Origin: Deltaproteobacteria bacterium
GTDB taxonomy: Bacteria > Myxococcota > JACRCW01
DNA length: 64,000 nt
Assembly (NCBI GenBank): GCA_016218805.1
Contig: JACRCW010000065.1
Span: 94,040 to 158,039, forward strand
Direction of reading: 5' to 3'
Shown: piece by piece, positions 19,940 through 30,513 of the stretch
Layout: every line of letters starts with the position of its first letter
Position numbering within the stretch: the stretch's first letter is position 1
The notes under the pieces: generated by a model
What the model was told of the DNA's origin: nothing
What the model saw: only the letters and a program-made list of their open reading frames with translations
Database searches by the model: none
Program-made: the position numbers and the translations under genes

Positions 19940-21850
19940 CTACCCGCCAATCTCCAGCATGCAGTCTCCCGCGCAGCCGTCTCCGTCCACGCGGTTGCCG
20001 TCGTCACACTGCTCCGGCGGCTCCTGCAGGTGCCCATCCCCGCACCGCCCACCAAACCGGCAGTCCTGTCCGCAGGCGCCGTAGCCGCCGTTGTTGACGC
20101 CGTCATCGCATTCCTCGCCGAACAGGCTGTCCACCGTCCCGTCCCCGCACGTGGACCCATTGAGGCAGCCCGGCGCGCAACCGCCGTACGGAGACAGGTT
20201 GGTCCCGTCGTCGCACTCCTCCTGCGGTGACTGGACCGTGCCATCACCGCAGCGCGGGCCCTTGCGGCAGTCGGACGTGCAGCCGCCGTAGCTGCCGTCG
20301 TTCACGCCGTCGTCACACGCCTCGTCCGGGGTGCGGATGTGGTCCCCGCAGATGCTGGCGCAGCGGGACAGGCCGTTGAGGAAGTTGCCCAGCGTGAGGC
20401 GGTAGTTGGACTCAGAGGTGTGCCGCTCCGCCTGGAACACCGCGATTTCATAGACGCGGCCCACCTGGAGGTTGAAGCTGCCGGCCGCCGTGCCGTCCAG
20501 TGTGATGCTGCCGCTGGTGGCGCCGTGCACACCGCCCAGGTCCACCGCCAGGCGGTGGTTCACAAACACCCAGACGTCATCATCACCGGTGAATTCAAGT
20601 GTTTCATTTCCACGGTATTCAAACCAGTAATGGACCTCGCTGGTGAAGTGGAAGTTGTGGCTGTTGCCTTCGTTGCCAAATCCGCTGCCGTCCAGCGGGA
20701 AGAACGAGGAATTGGAGAATTGGTAGTCGCCTGAGCCCAGCCGGCCCAGCGTGATGGTCTGCACAAACGTCTGGTTCACGCCCGGCACGTCCCGGTACCA
20801 CTGGTCAAACGCGGACTGCCCGGTCGTCGTCGCCGTGGTGGAGCCGGGATGGGCGTACACCGGTTTGCCGTCGCTCCCCAGCAGGTCCGCTACTATCCCG
20901 GTCTCCTGGCCGTTGAAGTCCTCAAAATCCGGGTGGGAGACGGGAAAGTCACGCAGGACAATGGGCAGCACCAGCGTGTCCGGCACGCTGGTGTCCGCGG
21001 TGCATGAGAACCCCGGCTCCACCGTGCACGTCGGTGAACAACCGTCACCCGCGTTGTTGTTGCCGTCCTCGCATTCCTCGGCCGGGTTGTTGGGCAGGCG
21101 GATCCCATCCCCGCACGAAGTGGAGCACGGGGAGGCGGGGCTGGCGCTGCAATCCGGTTCGCGCGTGCACGCGCCGGGCACACAGCCGTCCGCGTAGTCG
21201 TGATTGTCGTCGTCGCACTGCTCGGTGCCCTGGCGCACGCCGTCACCGCACACCGTGGGTTGGCAGGGCTGTCCGGGCGTGGGGCACTGGTACCCGGACT
21301 CCAACTGGCAGCCGTTGGTGCAGCCATCGCCACCGCCCGGCGTGCCGTCGTCGCACTGCTCGCCGCCGGCCAGGAATCCGTCGCCGCAACGGGCGGCTTC
21401 GCAGGCCGCGCCCTCGGCCGGGCAGGCCCAGCCCTGCTCCACCTGGCAGGTGGCACCGCACCCGTCACCGCCGCGGATGTTGCCATCGTCACAAGTCTCC
21501 GTGCCGGTGATGTCCGAGTTGCCGCACACCACCGTGGACACGCAGTCCTGCCCGGGGAGGGGGCAGGCCCAGCCGTTCTCCAGCGTGCACGTCCCGGAAC
21601 ACCCATCCAGGGAGGCGAGGTCGCCGTCGTCGCAGCCTTCGCCGGGGTCCAGGCGGCCGTTGCCGCACGCGGCGGCGGTGCCCCCGTCTCCGCCGGTGCT
21701 GGAGGAAGATGACGACGACGACGATGATGACCCGCCGCCGCCGCCGCTGCTGCTGCCGGAGGACGCGCCGCCGCCGTCGGTCTCACCCGTCGCAGTGGGG
21801 TTGCAGGCCAGCACGGCGACGAGGGCGAGGAGCGTGGAGGCGTGACGCAT
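19940..21850 (-). CDS. secreted protein with Ser/Gly low-complexity linker, fibro-slime/PA14-like domain and several Myxococcus cysteine-rich CDDGN repeats
   Basis: Signal peptide '[16 protein letters not shown]'. Poly-Ser/Gly run. '[12 protein letters not shown]…[14 protein letters not shown]…DDVWVFVN'. Repeats of 'CGDGxxQxxEQCDDGNxxxxDGC'. Confidence 0.6.
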   Translation of the reverse strand: MRHASTLLALVAVLACNPTATGETDGGGASSGSSSGGGGGSSSSSSSSSSSTGGDGGTAAACGNGRLDPGEGCDDGDLASLDGCSGTCTLENGWACPLPGQDCVSTVVCGNSDITGTETCDDGNIRGGDGCGATCQVEQGWACPAEGAACEAARCGDGFLAGGEQCDDGTPGGGDGCTNGCQLESGYQCPTPGQPCQPTVCGDGVRQGTEQCDDDNHDYADGCVPGACTREPDCSASPASPCSTSCGDGIRLPNNPAEECEDGNNNAGDGCSPTCTVEPGFSCTADTSVPDTLVLPIVLRDFPVSHPDFEDFNGQETGIVADLLGSDGKPVYAHPGSTTATTTGQSAFDQWYRDVPGVNQTFVQTITLGRLGSGDYQFSNSSFFPLDGSGFGNEGNSHNFHFTSEVHYWFEYRGNETLEFTGDDDVWVFVNHRLAVDLGGVHGATSGSITLDGTAAGSFNLQVGRVYEIAVFQAERHTSESNYRLTLGNFLNGLSRCASICGDHIRTPDEACDDGVNDGSYGGCTSDCRKGPRCGDGTVQSPQEECDDGTNLSPYGGCAPGCLNGSTCGDGTVDSLFGEECDDGVNNGGYGACGQDCRFGGRCGDGHLQEPPEQCDDGNRVDGDGCAGDCMLEIGG

Positions 21851-22002
21851 GGGGCCGGGACCGTAGGAAGGCGCACACGGGGGGTCAAGGCCGAGGCCAC
21901 GACGACGACGGCCGGCCCGGATTGACGCGCGGGTGCGGCGGGAGGGTTCGCGTCCGCACCGCACAGGCGTATAAGGCGCCCCTTTCCCGGGAGAACCAAG
22001 CC

Positions 22003-23424
22003 ATGGCGACGTCAAAGGTGCGCGTTGAAGAGGACCTGCTGGGGCGCAAGGAGGTGCCCGCGGAGGCGTACTGGGGCATCCACACGCTGCGCGCGGTGGA
22101 GAACTTCCGCATCTCCGGGCGGGCCGTGAGCGAGGACCGCCTGTTTGTCCGCGGGCTGGCGCAGGTGAAGAAGGCGTGCGCCCTGGCCAACAAGGAACTG
22201 GGCAGCCTGCCCGCCGACAAGGCGGACATGATCACCCGCGCGTGCGACGCGATCCTGCGCGAGGACCGCTGCCTGGACCAGTTCCCGTCCGACCAGTTCC
22301 AGGGCGGCGCCGGTACCAGCGTCAACATGAATGCCAACGAGGTCATTGCCAACCTGGCGCTGGAACTCCACGGCCACGAGAAGGGCCGCTACGACGTGCT
22401 GCATCCCAACGACCACGTCAACAAATGCCAGTCCACCAACGACGCGTACCCCACGGCGTTCCGCGTGGCGTTGTGGGAACACCTGGACGTGCTCAAAGAG
22501 CGCATTGACCACATGCGCGGCGGGTTTGAGCGCAAGGCCGGCGAGTTCCACGGCGTGCTCAAGATGGGGCGGACGCAGTTGCAGGACGCGGTGCCCATGA
22601 GCCTGGGACAGGAGTTTGGCGCCTTTGCGACGCTGATGAAGGAAGAAGTGCGCATCATGGACCTGGTGCAGAAGCTGATCCTGGAAGTGAACCTGGGCGC
22701 CACCGCCATTGGCACCGGGGTCAACGCCCCGGAGGGCTACTCCGAGGTTGCCGTGCGCCACCTGCGCGAGATCACCGGCCACCCGTACGTGGTGTCACCC
22801 GACCTGGTGGAGGCCACCAGCGATTGCGGCGCGTACGTGATGATCAGCGGCGCGGCCAAGCGCCTGGCAGTCAAGCTGTCCAAGATCTGCAACGACCTGC
22901 GGCTGCTGTCTTCCGGGCCGCGCGCCGGGCTCAAGGAGATCAACCTCCCGGAGATGCAGGCCGGCAGCTCCATCATGCCTGCCAAGGTGAACCCGGTGAT
23001 TCCGGAGGTGGTCAACCAGGTGTGCTTCAAGGTGATGGGCAACGACGTCACCATCACCATGGCCGCCGAGGCCGGTCAGCTGCAGCTCAATGTGATGGAG
23101 CCCGTCATTGCGCAGGCGCTGGTGGAGAGCATCACCCTGCTGGGCAACGCGCTCACCACGCTTCGGGACAAGTGCGTGGACGGGATCACTGCCAACGCGG
23201 ACCGCTGCCGGGATTCCGTGTTCAACAGCATTGGCATCGTCACCATGCTGGATCCCATCATTGGGCATCAGGAAGGGGACCGGATTGGGAAGATCTGCGC
23301 GGAGACCGGGCGCAGCGTGGCAGAGGTGGCCCTGGAACGCGGCGTGGTCACCCGGCAACAATTGGATGAGATCTTTACCGTGGAGAACATGCTGAAACCG
23401 CGGTTTGTGTGGAAGCGCGGATGA
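22003..23424 (+). CDS. aspA: aspartate ammonia-lyase (fumarase/aspartase class II family)
   Basis: '[15 protein letters not shown]' and '[11 protein letters not shown]' signature. Confidence 0.85.
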   Translation: MATSKVRVEEDLLGRKEVPAEAYWGIHTLRAVENFRISGRAVSEDRLFVRGLAQVKKACALANKELGSLPADKADMITRACDAILREDRCLDQFPSDQFQGGAGTSVNMNANEVIANLALELHGHEKGRYDVLHPNDHVNKCQSTNDAYPTAFRVALWEHLDVLKERIDHMRGGFERKAGEFHGVLKMGRTQLQDAVPMSLGQEFGAFATLMKEEVRIMDLVQKLILEVNLGATAIGTGVNAPEGYSEVAVRHLREITGHPYVVSPDLVEATSDCGAYVMISGAAKRLAVKLSKICNDLRLLSSGPRAGLKEINLPEMQAGSSIMPAKVNPVIPEVVNQVCFKVMGNDVTITMAAEAGQLQLNVMEPVIAQALVESITLLGNALTTLRDKCVDGITANADRCRDSVFNSIGIVTMLDPIIGHQEGDRIGKICAETGRSVAEVALERGVVTRQQLDEIFTVENMLKPRFVWKRG

Positions 23425-23445
23425 AGTGGGGTGGGCCGGCGGTGG

Positions 23446-23784
23446 TCAGCGGCGCGCGGTGCGCCGCTTGGGTAGCTTGGCCGCCACCAGCGCGTGCGAC
23501 CCGGCAATCAGCCCGCACAACTCCTTCCAGGTGACCTCGGCGAACGGCTCCACGTGAACCCAGTGGTGGCGCGCCAGGTACGGCGCCGGTGTGACCCCGT
23601 GACGCCGCACCAGCCCGGCAAACACCGGCTCCGGCACCTTCAGCGACACCGCACCACCCTGCAGCGAGGTGACTGCGTACATCTTCCCGCCCACGCAGAA
23701 GCACAGGTCCGCACCCCACTTCACATCCTCGGTGGTACCGGCCAGCGTAGTGCAGAACGCGCGAAGTTTGTCGACAGCGACCAT
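23446..23784 (-). CDS. MmcQ/YjbR-family DNA-binding protein
   Basis: 112 aa. 'EDVKWGADLCFCVGGKMYAV…LKVPEP'. Confidence 0.55.
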   Translation of the reverse strand: MVAVDKLRAFCTTLAGTTEDVKWGADLCFCVGGKMYAVTSLQGGAVSLKVPEPVFAGLVRRHGVTPAPYLARHHWVHVEPFAEVTWKELCGLIAGSHALVAAKLPKRRTARR

Positions 23785-23859
23785 CCGGACTCCCAGGGCT
23801 GAGGGCCCTGGGAAGATAGCCCCATTTCCTATCGCCGCGCTTTCCGCTAGCACCGCCGC

Positions 23860-25923
23860 ATGCGACCCGTGGTTCTTGTGTACCCGCCGGCGTGCGACCC
23901 GACGGCGCCGTACCTCAGCGTGCCCACCCTGGCGGCCTACCTGCGCCGCCACGACGTCCCCGTGGTGCCCGTGGATGCCAACGTGGAGGCGTTTGACTGG
24001 CTGCTGACGCCGGCACGCATGCGCGCGTGTGCGGACCGGCTGGAGGAGCGCCTGGCCGCCCTGGAACGGAAGCCGCGCCTGCGGCACGCGGAACAGCTCC
24101 TGCTGGGTGCGCTGTGGTCCGCGCGCGGTGACGCGGTGGCCGTACCCGGCGCCATTGCCGCCGCCGTTGCGGTGCTGCGCGACCCCGCGCGGTTCTACGA
24201 CGTGGAGGCGTACGGCGGCGCGGTGGCCACGGTGGAAGCGGCCGTGCGGCTGGCCAGTGCGGCCTGCGCTCCGCTGCAGATGACCTTCACCGCGTACCGC
24301 ACACCGTTCTCACTGCTGAACGCGGAGGAGATCGCGCGGGATGCGGCACCGGAGCGCAACCCGTTTCATGGGTACTTTGCGGGCCCGCTGGTTGAGAAGA
24401 TCCGCGCCGCTGACCCGGTGCTGGTGGGCATCTCCATTGCGTTTCCGGGACAGGTGCAGCCCGCGTATGCGCTGGCCCACGTGCTGCGGCAGGCGCTGCC
24501 GGGTGTGCGCCTTGTTGCCGGGGGGCCCGCGCTGACGCAGCTGTTCCAAGGCCTGCCCGCCGGGAACGCGCAGGCGGCGGCCGCGCTGTTTGATCACGTG
24601 GTCACCTATGAAGGCGAAAAGGCGCTGCTGGGCCTGGTGCATGCGCTGGAACAGGGGGACACCCCGCCACGCTTCATTCCGGGCGAACAGGTGACCGACC
24701 TGGGCGCGCTGCCCCCCCCGGATTTTTCCGGACTGCCGCTGGAGAAGTACCTGGCACCCGAGGTGGTCCTCCCCTACGATCCCACGCGCGGCTGCTACTG
24801 GGGCAAGTGCACCTTCTGCCACTACGGCCTGGCGGAAACGGGGACGGCCGCCTACCGCGAACGCCCGGTTGACGACGTGGTGAACCACCTGGAGGACCTG
24901 CAGCGGCGGCACGGCACGCGCGTGTTCTACTTCAGCCAGGACGCGGTGAATCCCAAGACCATGCTGCGCATGGTGCAGGGGCTGCGCGCGCGCGGCGTCA
25001 CGCTGCGGTGGTCCACGGACATGCGGCCGGAGCGGTCCCTCACACCGGAGCGCTGCCGCGAGTTGCGTGACGGTGGCGCGCTGTCCATGGCGCTGGGCGT
25101 GGAGAGTGCTGCGCCGCGCGTGCTGGGCCTCATTGACAAGGGCGTGCCGGTGGAGACCGTGCGTGACGCCATGCGGGCGCTGTCCGGCGCGGACATTGGC
25201 GTGGAGGCCATGTGCTTCACCGATTTCCCGACGGAGAACTACCGCGAGGCGATGGCCACGGTGCGGTTTGTGGAGGAACTGGCGGAGCACGTGGCGCTGT
25301 TCATCTGCGGCGAGTTTGAGCTCACCAAGGGGTCATTGGTGGCGCGGGATCCCGCCAGGTTTGGTGTGGCGGAGACGTGGAAGGTGGCCGGGGATGAGCT
25401 GGGCCTGGGCCTGTTCTGGCGCGAGCAGCGCGATCCCAAGTCCGCCGACGAGCGCGCCCGCGTGGACGACGCGCTGTCCGGGTTGAGCCGGCGCTGGCGC
25501 CTGGAGCACTACCCGTGGGCGGGTGCGCTCAGCACCGCGCACACGCTGCTGTACTACGAGCGCTTCGGTCCCGACTGTTTCCGGCGGTTCTCGTCAACGG
25601 GGAAGGGGCGGGTTCCGGGTGCACAGCCGCGGACCTTCCCCTCCCGGTACGACGTGGTGGGCCTGCTGGCCACGGCCGCGGAGCATGAGGCGGCCGCCTG
25701 GGAGGAACTGATCCAGCAGCAGCGCGCCGTGTCGCGGGCGGCGTACCGCACGCGGGTGGACGGGTGGCCCGCAGCGGAGCCCCGTCCGGGCCGCTACCGC
25801 GTGGCGGCCGGGGAGCCGGTGCGCGAGGCTGGTGGCCGCAGCGCGCGCGGCCGGAACCGGGCGGGGCGGCGCGCCTCCCACGCGCACCACGCGGCCAGGG
25901 ATCCGGTGCGCGGCTGGAGTTGA
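23860..25923 (+). CDS. B12-binding-domain radical SAM protein (class B)
   Basis: N-terminal Rossmann-like B12-binding region (VVLVYPPA…). Radical SAM cluster motif 'CYWGKCTFC'. Arg-rich C-terminal tail. Confidence 0.75.
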   Translation: MRPVVLVYPPACDPTAPYLSVPTLAAYLRRHDVPVVPVDANVEAFDWLLTPARMRACADRLEERLAALERKPRLRHAEQLLLGALWSARGDAVAVPGAIAAAVAVLRDPARFYDVEAYGGAVATVEAAVRLASAACAPLQMTFTAYRTPFSLLNAEEIARDAAPERNPFHGYFAGPLVEKIRAADPVLVGISIAFPGQVQPAYALAHVLRQALPGVRLVAGGPALTQLFQGLPAGNAQAAAALFDHVVTYEGEKALLGLVHALEQGDTPPRFIPGEQVTDLGALPPPDFSGLPLEKYLAPEVVLPYDPTRGCYWGKCTFCHYGLAETGTAAYRERPVDDVVNHLEDLQRRHGTRVFYFSQDAVNPKTMLRMVQGLRARGVTLRWSTDMRPERSLTPERCRELRDGGALSMALGVESAAPRVLGLIDKGVPVETVRDAMRALSGADIGVEAMCFTDFPTENYREAMATVRFVEELAEHVALFICGEFELTKGSLVARDPARFGVAETWKVAGDELGLGLFWREQRDPKSADERARVDDALSGLSRRWRLEHYPWAGALSTAHTLLYYERFGPDCFRRFSSTGKGRVPGAQPRTFPSRYDVVGLLATAAEHEAAAWEELIQQQRAVSRAAYRTRVDGWPAAEPRPGRYRVAAGEPVREAGGRSARGRNRAGRRASHAHHAARDPVRGWS

Positions 25924-25956
25924 CGCCGGGGCGCATCAACCGCATACCTCGGCATC

Positions 25957-26562
25957 ATGACGTACTACCCGCCCATGGTCATTGAGCAGACCGCGCGTGG
26001 CGAACGCGCGTACGACATCTGGTCGCGCCTGCTGAAGGACCGCATCGTCTACCTGGGCCAGGAGGTTGACGACGACCTGGCCAACGTGATCGTCGCGCAG
26101 TTGCTGTTCCTGGAGAGCGAGGACCCGGACCGCGACATCCTGCTGTACATCAACAGCCCGGGTGGCTCGATCACGGCGGGGTTGGCCATCTACGACACCA
26201 TGCAGTACGTGCGGCCGCCCGTGTCCACCATCTGCGTGGGTATGGCAGCGTCCATGGGCGCGCTGCTGCTGACGGCGGGGGCCAAGGGGAAGCGCTTTGC
26301 CACGCCCTCCTCCGAGATCATGATCCACCAGCCGCTGGGCGGTGGGACTGGGCAGGCCACCGACGTGGACATCCAGGCGCGGGAGATCCTCCGCCTGCGC
26401 GACATGATTGACGCCATCCTCTGCCACCACACCGGCCGGAGCGCCGAGCAGATCCGCAAGGACACCGACCGGGACCACTACCTCACCGCGGCGGAAGCCA
26501 AGCAATACGGACTGATTGACGACGTGCTGGCTCCCCGCGTGAAGGCGGCGCCGGGCAAATGA
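25957..26562 (+). CDS. clpP: ATP-dependent Clp protease proteolytic subunit ClpP
   Basis: 'GMAASMG' (Ser), 'IMIHQPLGG' (His) and 'DTDRD' (Asp). 201 aa. Confidence 0.9.
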   Translation: MTYYPPMVIEQTARGERAYDIWSRLLKDRIVYLGQEVDDDLANVIVAQLLFLESEDPDRDILLYINSPGGSITAGLAIYDTMQYVRPPVSTICVGMAASMGALLLTAGAKGKRFATPSSEIMIHQPLGGGTGQATDVDIQAREILRLRDMIDAILCHHTGRSAEQIRKDTDRDHYLTAAEAKQYGLIDDVLAPRVKAAPGK

Positions 26563-26565
26563 GTC

Positions 26566-28995
26566 TCACGGCGGGGGCGGCGGCAGGATGGGCAGATCCC
26601 CGCACTGCAGCGTGGCGACGACGAGCGCGGTGAGCGGGAAGCTGTCCCGGTACAGGCCGGCCTCCGCCAGCGCGGCCATGGCCGCGGCGGACGCGTCGGT
26701 TCCCAGCTGCGGGGCGTCCTCCGGGAAGATGCGGCTGTCCAGGTTGGGGCCGAACCCGCCAGCCGTCTCAAACCCCGGTCCCGCCAGCACCCACCGGCCT
26801 GCCACGTCCACGCCGGCCATGACCGGGATGTCCTGGAAAGACGCCACGCGGATGGCGCGCAACAGCGAGAGGGACTCCGCGCGGTGCAGCAGCGGCACCG
26901 GCTCACCGGCCACCGGGTCCAGCGTGACATCGTCGTAGGGCGCGCACACCTCGCCGGGGAAGCCCAGCCGCTGCCAGCGCACGGCGTTGCCGGTGGGCAG
27001 CAGCGTGTGCTGGTGGACCAGGGACGCGGACCGCACCGAAGGAGGGCCGTCGTCGTTGGGGGACAGGCACGCGCGCCAGGCGTCGCGGAGGGGTTCGCCC
27101 TCCGGGAAGCAGGTGCCCTCCGGGGGCGTGAAGCCGGAGGCCTGCTGCGTCCAGGTGGCGCACACGTCACCGGTGAACAGGTCCACGCCCAGGTCCAGCA
27201 CGTTGCCCTGCACGCCGGGCCAACCCATGGGGACGGTCCAGGTGGCTTCGGAGAGCGAGACCATGGGGGCCACCGAGGCGGGCGCCTGCGTCTCACGCAC
27301 AAAGGCGCGCAGCGTAAGACCGTCAAACGTGGCGTCACAGTCCGCGTTGGGCGGGCAGCCACCGTCACCGTCCGCCACCAGCGCCACCGTGCGGATGCCG
27401 TCCGTGGCCGTGCCCAGCAGCGGCAGGCCCTCCGCGGACTTGAGCCAACCGCTGACGGCATTGACCGCGTACACGTAGTCACTCCCCACCCATGCGTGCC
27501 CGGTCACGTGCAGCCCGTCCACCCCGCCCTGCACCAGCAGCAGTGCCGTCCCGGCGGGCATGCACACGCGCTCCTGGTCGGTCTGTTCGGCGCCCACCAG
27601 CATGCAGCCGCTGCAGCCATCCGCAAACCGCAGCAGCACCGCGCCGGAGAGCGCGTCCCCGTGGGCGGTGAACGCCGCGTTCCACACGGAGAACCCGGGC
27701 ATGGGCTGCGCGGAGCCCACCACCTGGGCGGACAGCGCCGCGTACGCGTCGGTGGGGTCCAACACGTGGTGCGCCAGCACATCACCCGCGGGGCCCACCC
27801 AGGTCAGCGCCAGGTCCGTGCGCGGTGACTGCACCACGCCGGACTGGCCGCACACCGGCGCTTCCGTGCAGTGTGCCGGCGCCATGTGGCAGCCCTCCCA
27901 CGGCGAGTCCGTCCCGCGCCACACCACCAGCGACGACAGCCCCGTGGTCACCTGCGTCATCAGCGGCCGCACACCGTCCACCCGCACGGGGTACAGGCCC
28001 CGCACCGGCCCTTCCCACGCCTGTGACGTGAACGCGTTCTCCGCGTCATCCATCATGACGTCATGCACCATCACCGGCGGCCCCAGCGTGAGTGACCCTC
28101 CCGGTCCGGGCAGGCACGCACCCGCGTGGCAGGTGTCCCCGGAGGTGCACGGGTTGCCGTCATCACACGGGAAGCCTTCCGGCGTGGGGAGCGGCGTGCA
28201 GTTCCCTGCCACGCACATGGACACAAGGTCACACGCGGGGGCGCCGCACAGCGTGCCATTGGGGGACACGGGGTGACGGCAACCGCGCGGGTCTGCGCCC
28301 ACGCCGGGGTCGCACGCATCGTCGGTGCAGGGGTCGTCGTCAGCGCAGCGCGCCGCGGTGGGCAGGTGCACGCAGCCGCGCGCCGCGTCACAGGTGTCCA
28401 GCGTGCAGGTGATGCCGTCCTCACAGATCACCGGCCGGCCCACGCACCGTCCCGCCACGCAGCTGTCCGCGTCCGTGCAGGCGTTGCCGTCATCACAGGC
28501 CGCTGCCGCCGGGAAGTGCACGCAGCCCCCGCCCACGGACGGGTCCGCCTGGTCAAACGTGCAAGGGTTCCCGTCGTCACAGCTGGGCGGCGGCCGCACG
28601 CGCCCGCGCACCGGGATGCGCAGCGTGCGTGACCCATCCGGCCCCGCCTGCCCGTCGTGCCGCACCACCAGCGTGGCCGCCACGTCACCCGCGTCCAGCG
28701 CAATGAGCCGCAGGTCTACCGACGCGGTTTCGCCCGGGGACACGGTGATGCGCGGGGTCAGCAACACCACGGACAGCCCGCCGCCCTCCACGCGCGCCCA
28801 CGCGGTGGTTGCGCCCGTGCCGTCGTTCATGAACACCGCGGAAGCGTCCACCGGGTGGCCGGCTTCGGTCTCCGGGAACGCCACCTCGGACTGCTCCGCG
28901 TACAGGCGCGCCGTGAATGACTTGAGGTCTTCGTCGCCCGATTGGGCGCATCCGACTGCTACCGCCACCGCCACCAGCCAGGAGAGACGCGACAT
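26566..28995 (-). CDS. lipoprotein with tandem DGNxCT(D/x) cysteine-rich repeats and a large C-terminal domain
   Basis: Lipobox 'VAVAVAVGCAQ' after ATG 28995. Repeats 'DDGNPCTFD…CDDGNACTDAD…CEDGITCTLD…CADDDPCTDD…CDDGNPCTSGD'. Confidence 0.55.
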   Translation of the reverse strand: MSRLSWLVAVAVAVGCAQSGDEDLKSFTARLYAEQSEVAFPETEAGHPVDASAVFMNDGTGATTAWARVEGGGLSVVLLTPRITVSPGETASVDLRLIALDAGDVAATLVVRHDGQAGPDGSRTLRIPVRGRVRPPPSCDDGNPCTFDQADPSVGGGCVHFPAAAACDDGNACTDADSCVAGRCVGRPVICEDGITCTLDTCDAARGCVHLPTAARCADDDPCTDDACDPGVGADPRGCRHPVSPNGTLCGAPACDLVSMCVAGNCTPLPTPEGFPCDDGNPCTSGDTCHAGACLPGPGGSLTLGPPVMVHDVMMDDAENAFTSQAWEGPVRGLYPVRVDGVRPLMTQVTTGLSSLVVWRGTDSPWEGCHMAPAHCTEAPVCGQSGVVQSPRTDLALTWVGPAGDVLAHHVLDPTDAYAALSAQVVGSAQPMPGFSVWNAAFTAHGDALSGAVLLRFADGCSGCMLVGAEQTDQERVCMPAGTALLLVQGGVDGLHVTGHAWVGSDYVYAVNAVSGWLKSAEGLPLLGTATDGIRTVALVADGDGGCPPNADCDATFDGLTLRAFVRETQAPASVAPMVSLSEATWTVPMGWPGVQGNVLDLGVDLFTGDVCATWTQQASGFTPPEGTCFPEGEPLRDAWRACLSPNDDGPPSVRSASLVHQHTLLPTGNAVRWQRLGFPGEVCAPYDDVTLDPVAGEPVPLLHRAESLSLLRAIRVASFQDIPVMAGVDVAGRWVLAGPGFETAGGFGPNLDSRIFPEDAPQLGTDASAAAMAALAEAGLYRDSFPLTALVVATLQCGDLPILPPPPP

Positions 28996-29088
28996 GGGGC
29001 CCCCGTGCAGCAAGCGGCCTGCCATGCGGCATCCGCTGCGATCCCAGCCGGTTGCGCCGCGGGCGGACCCTCGGAAAACTGAGGGGGC

Positions 29089-29685
29089 ATGGGGACGCAG
29101 AGGTTGTTTGTGGCGGTGGATCCGGGGGACGCCGTGCGCGCTGCGGTGGAAGCCCTGCTGGTGCGCCTGCGGCACCGCGTGCCACGGCGGGCGGTCCGGT
29201 GGGTGGACCCCGCGCTCATGCACGTCACGCTGAAGTTCCTGGGTGACACGCCGGACGAGCGGTTGCCCGCCGTGCGGGACGCGCTCACGCGCGCGCTGGA
29301 CGGGGTCACCATGCTGGAGGCGCGCGTCACGGGCACCGGCTGCTTCCCACCGCGGGGTGCACCGCGGGTGGCGTGGGTGGCCGTGCGTGAGGACGCGGCC
29401 GAGAGCGCTGTTGGCGCGCTGGCCGCCCGCGTGGATGCCGCGATGACGGCGCTGGGTTACCCGCCGGAGGACCGCGCGTTCCACCCGCACCTCACGCTGG
29501 GACGCGTGGCGCGTGACGTGCGCGGTGGTGCGGCCGCGCGCGTGCGGGCGGCGGTGGACGAGGTGGCGGACTTTGACGCCGGTCCGCTGGTGGTGCGCGA
29601 GGTGGCGCTGGTGCGCAGCGTGTTGTCTGCGTCCGGGCCGGTTTACACCGTGATCCACCGCGTGGCGCTGGCCGCGCCGCGCTGA
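29089..29685 (+). CDS. thpR: RNA 2',3'-cyclic phosphodiesterase (2H family, LigT/ThpR)
   Basis: Two HxT/S motifs, 'HVTLKF' and 'HLTLGR'. Confidence 0.75.
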   Translation: MGTQRLFVAVDPGDAVRAAVEALLVRLRHRVPRRAVRWVDPALMHVTLKFLGDTPDERLPAVRDALTRALDGVTMLEARVTGTGCFPPRGAPRVAWVAVREDAAESAVGALAARVDAAMTALGYPPEDRAFHPHLTLGRVARDVRGGAAARVRAAVDEVADFDAGPLVVREVALVRSVLSASGPVYTVIHRVALAAPR

Positions 29686-29753
29686 GCACCCACGCGGGGC
29701 TGTCTTGTGGCGCCCCGTCCGGCGGCATTACGACGCAGTGCACGCATACCCGC

Positions 29754-30410
29754 GTGTCGGAGAGAACCATGCTCGTCATTCGCACCCTCTGTATTGCTGC
29801 GGTGTTGTCATTGGGCGCCAACTTCACCCTGGCCGCGTCGGACGAGCCCGGGCTTGAGGATGACGAGATCCAGGAGCACGTGGTTGACCCCATCACGCCC
29901 GGCTTGGACGCCTTCAAAGCCGGCGTGGTCTGGAGCCTGTTCGGCGCGGCGTTCGTCGGGGCGTGGGGATCCCTGGTGGCGGGAGTCGCGGTCGCCCTGG
30001 CTACGTTCGTCGGCGGTATCGTGGGCGGGGTGGCGTACGGGTTCGTGGGCGGCCTTTTCACGGGCGTGGCGACGCAGAACGTGACACTCATTTTCGTGGG
30101 GCCGCTGCTGGGAGCGGTGCTCGGGCTGGTGGCCGGGTTGATCTGGGGCATCGTCGCCGGCCTCATCGGTGGCGTCGTGGCGTCGGTCGTGGGCGGCATC
30201 GTCGCCGCGCTCGCCGGCTCGCTCGGCTTCGGCATCATCGGCGTGCTCATCCACGTGTCACAGCAGTGGCTTGCGCGCGTGCCCTTTGCGCTGGCGCGTG
30301 AACGCGCCAAGCCGGCGCGCCGCACCCGCGACGACCCGCCGGACCAGGCGCCGCCGCCCGCCGCGCGCCGGCCCGCGCCGGAGGTGCGCCCCCTGTTGCC
30401 GGGAGGGTGA
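29754..30410 (+). CDS. glycine-rich polytopic membrane protein, hypothetical
   Basis: Repeated GxxxG-rich hydrophobic segments. Basic Pro-rich tail. Confidence 0.45.
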   Translation: MSERTMLVIRTLCIAAVLSLGANFTLAASDEPGLEDDEIQEHVVDPITPGLDAFKAGVVWSLFGAAFVGAWGSLVAGVAVALATFVGGIVGGVAYGFVGGLFTGVATQNVTLIFVGPLLGAVLGLVAGLIWGIVAGLIGGVVASVVGGIVAALAGSLGFGIIGVLIHVSQQWLARVPFALARERAKPARRTRDDPPDQAPPPAARRPAPEVRPLLPGG

Positions 30411-30513
30411 TTCCCGCAGTCTGGGCTGAACCGCCGTGGGCGCGGGCGCGGGAGTCTGCGGCACTTATGGTTCCGTCGCCGGTGTGCCGATATCTCCATC
30501 CGGAGGCGAGCGG

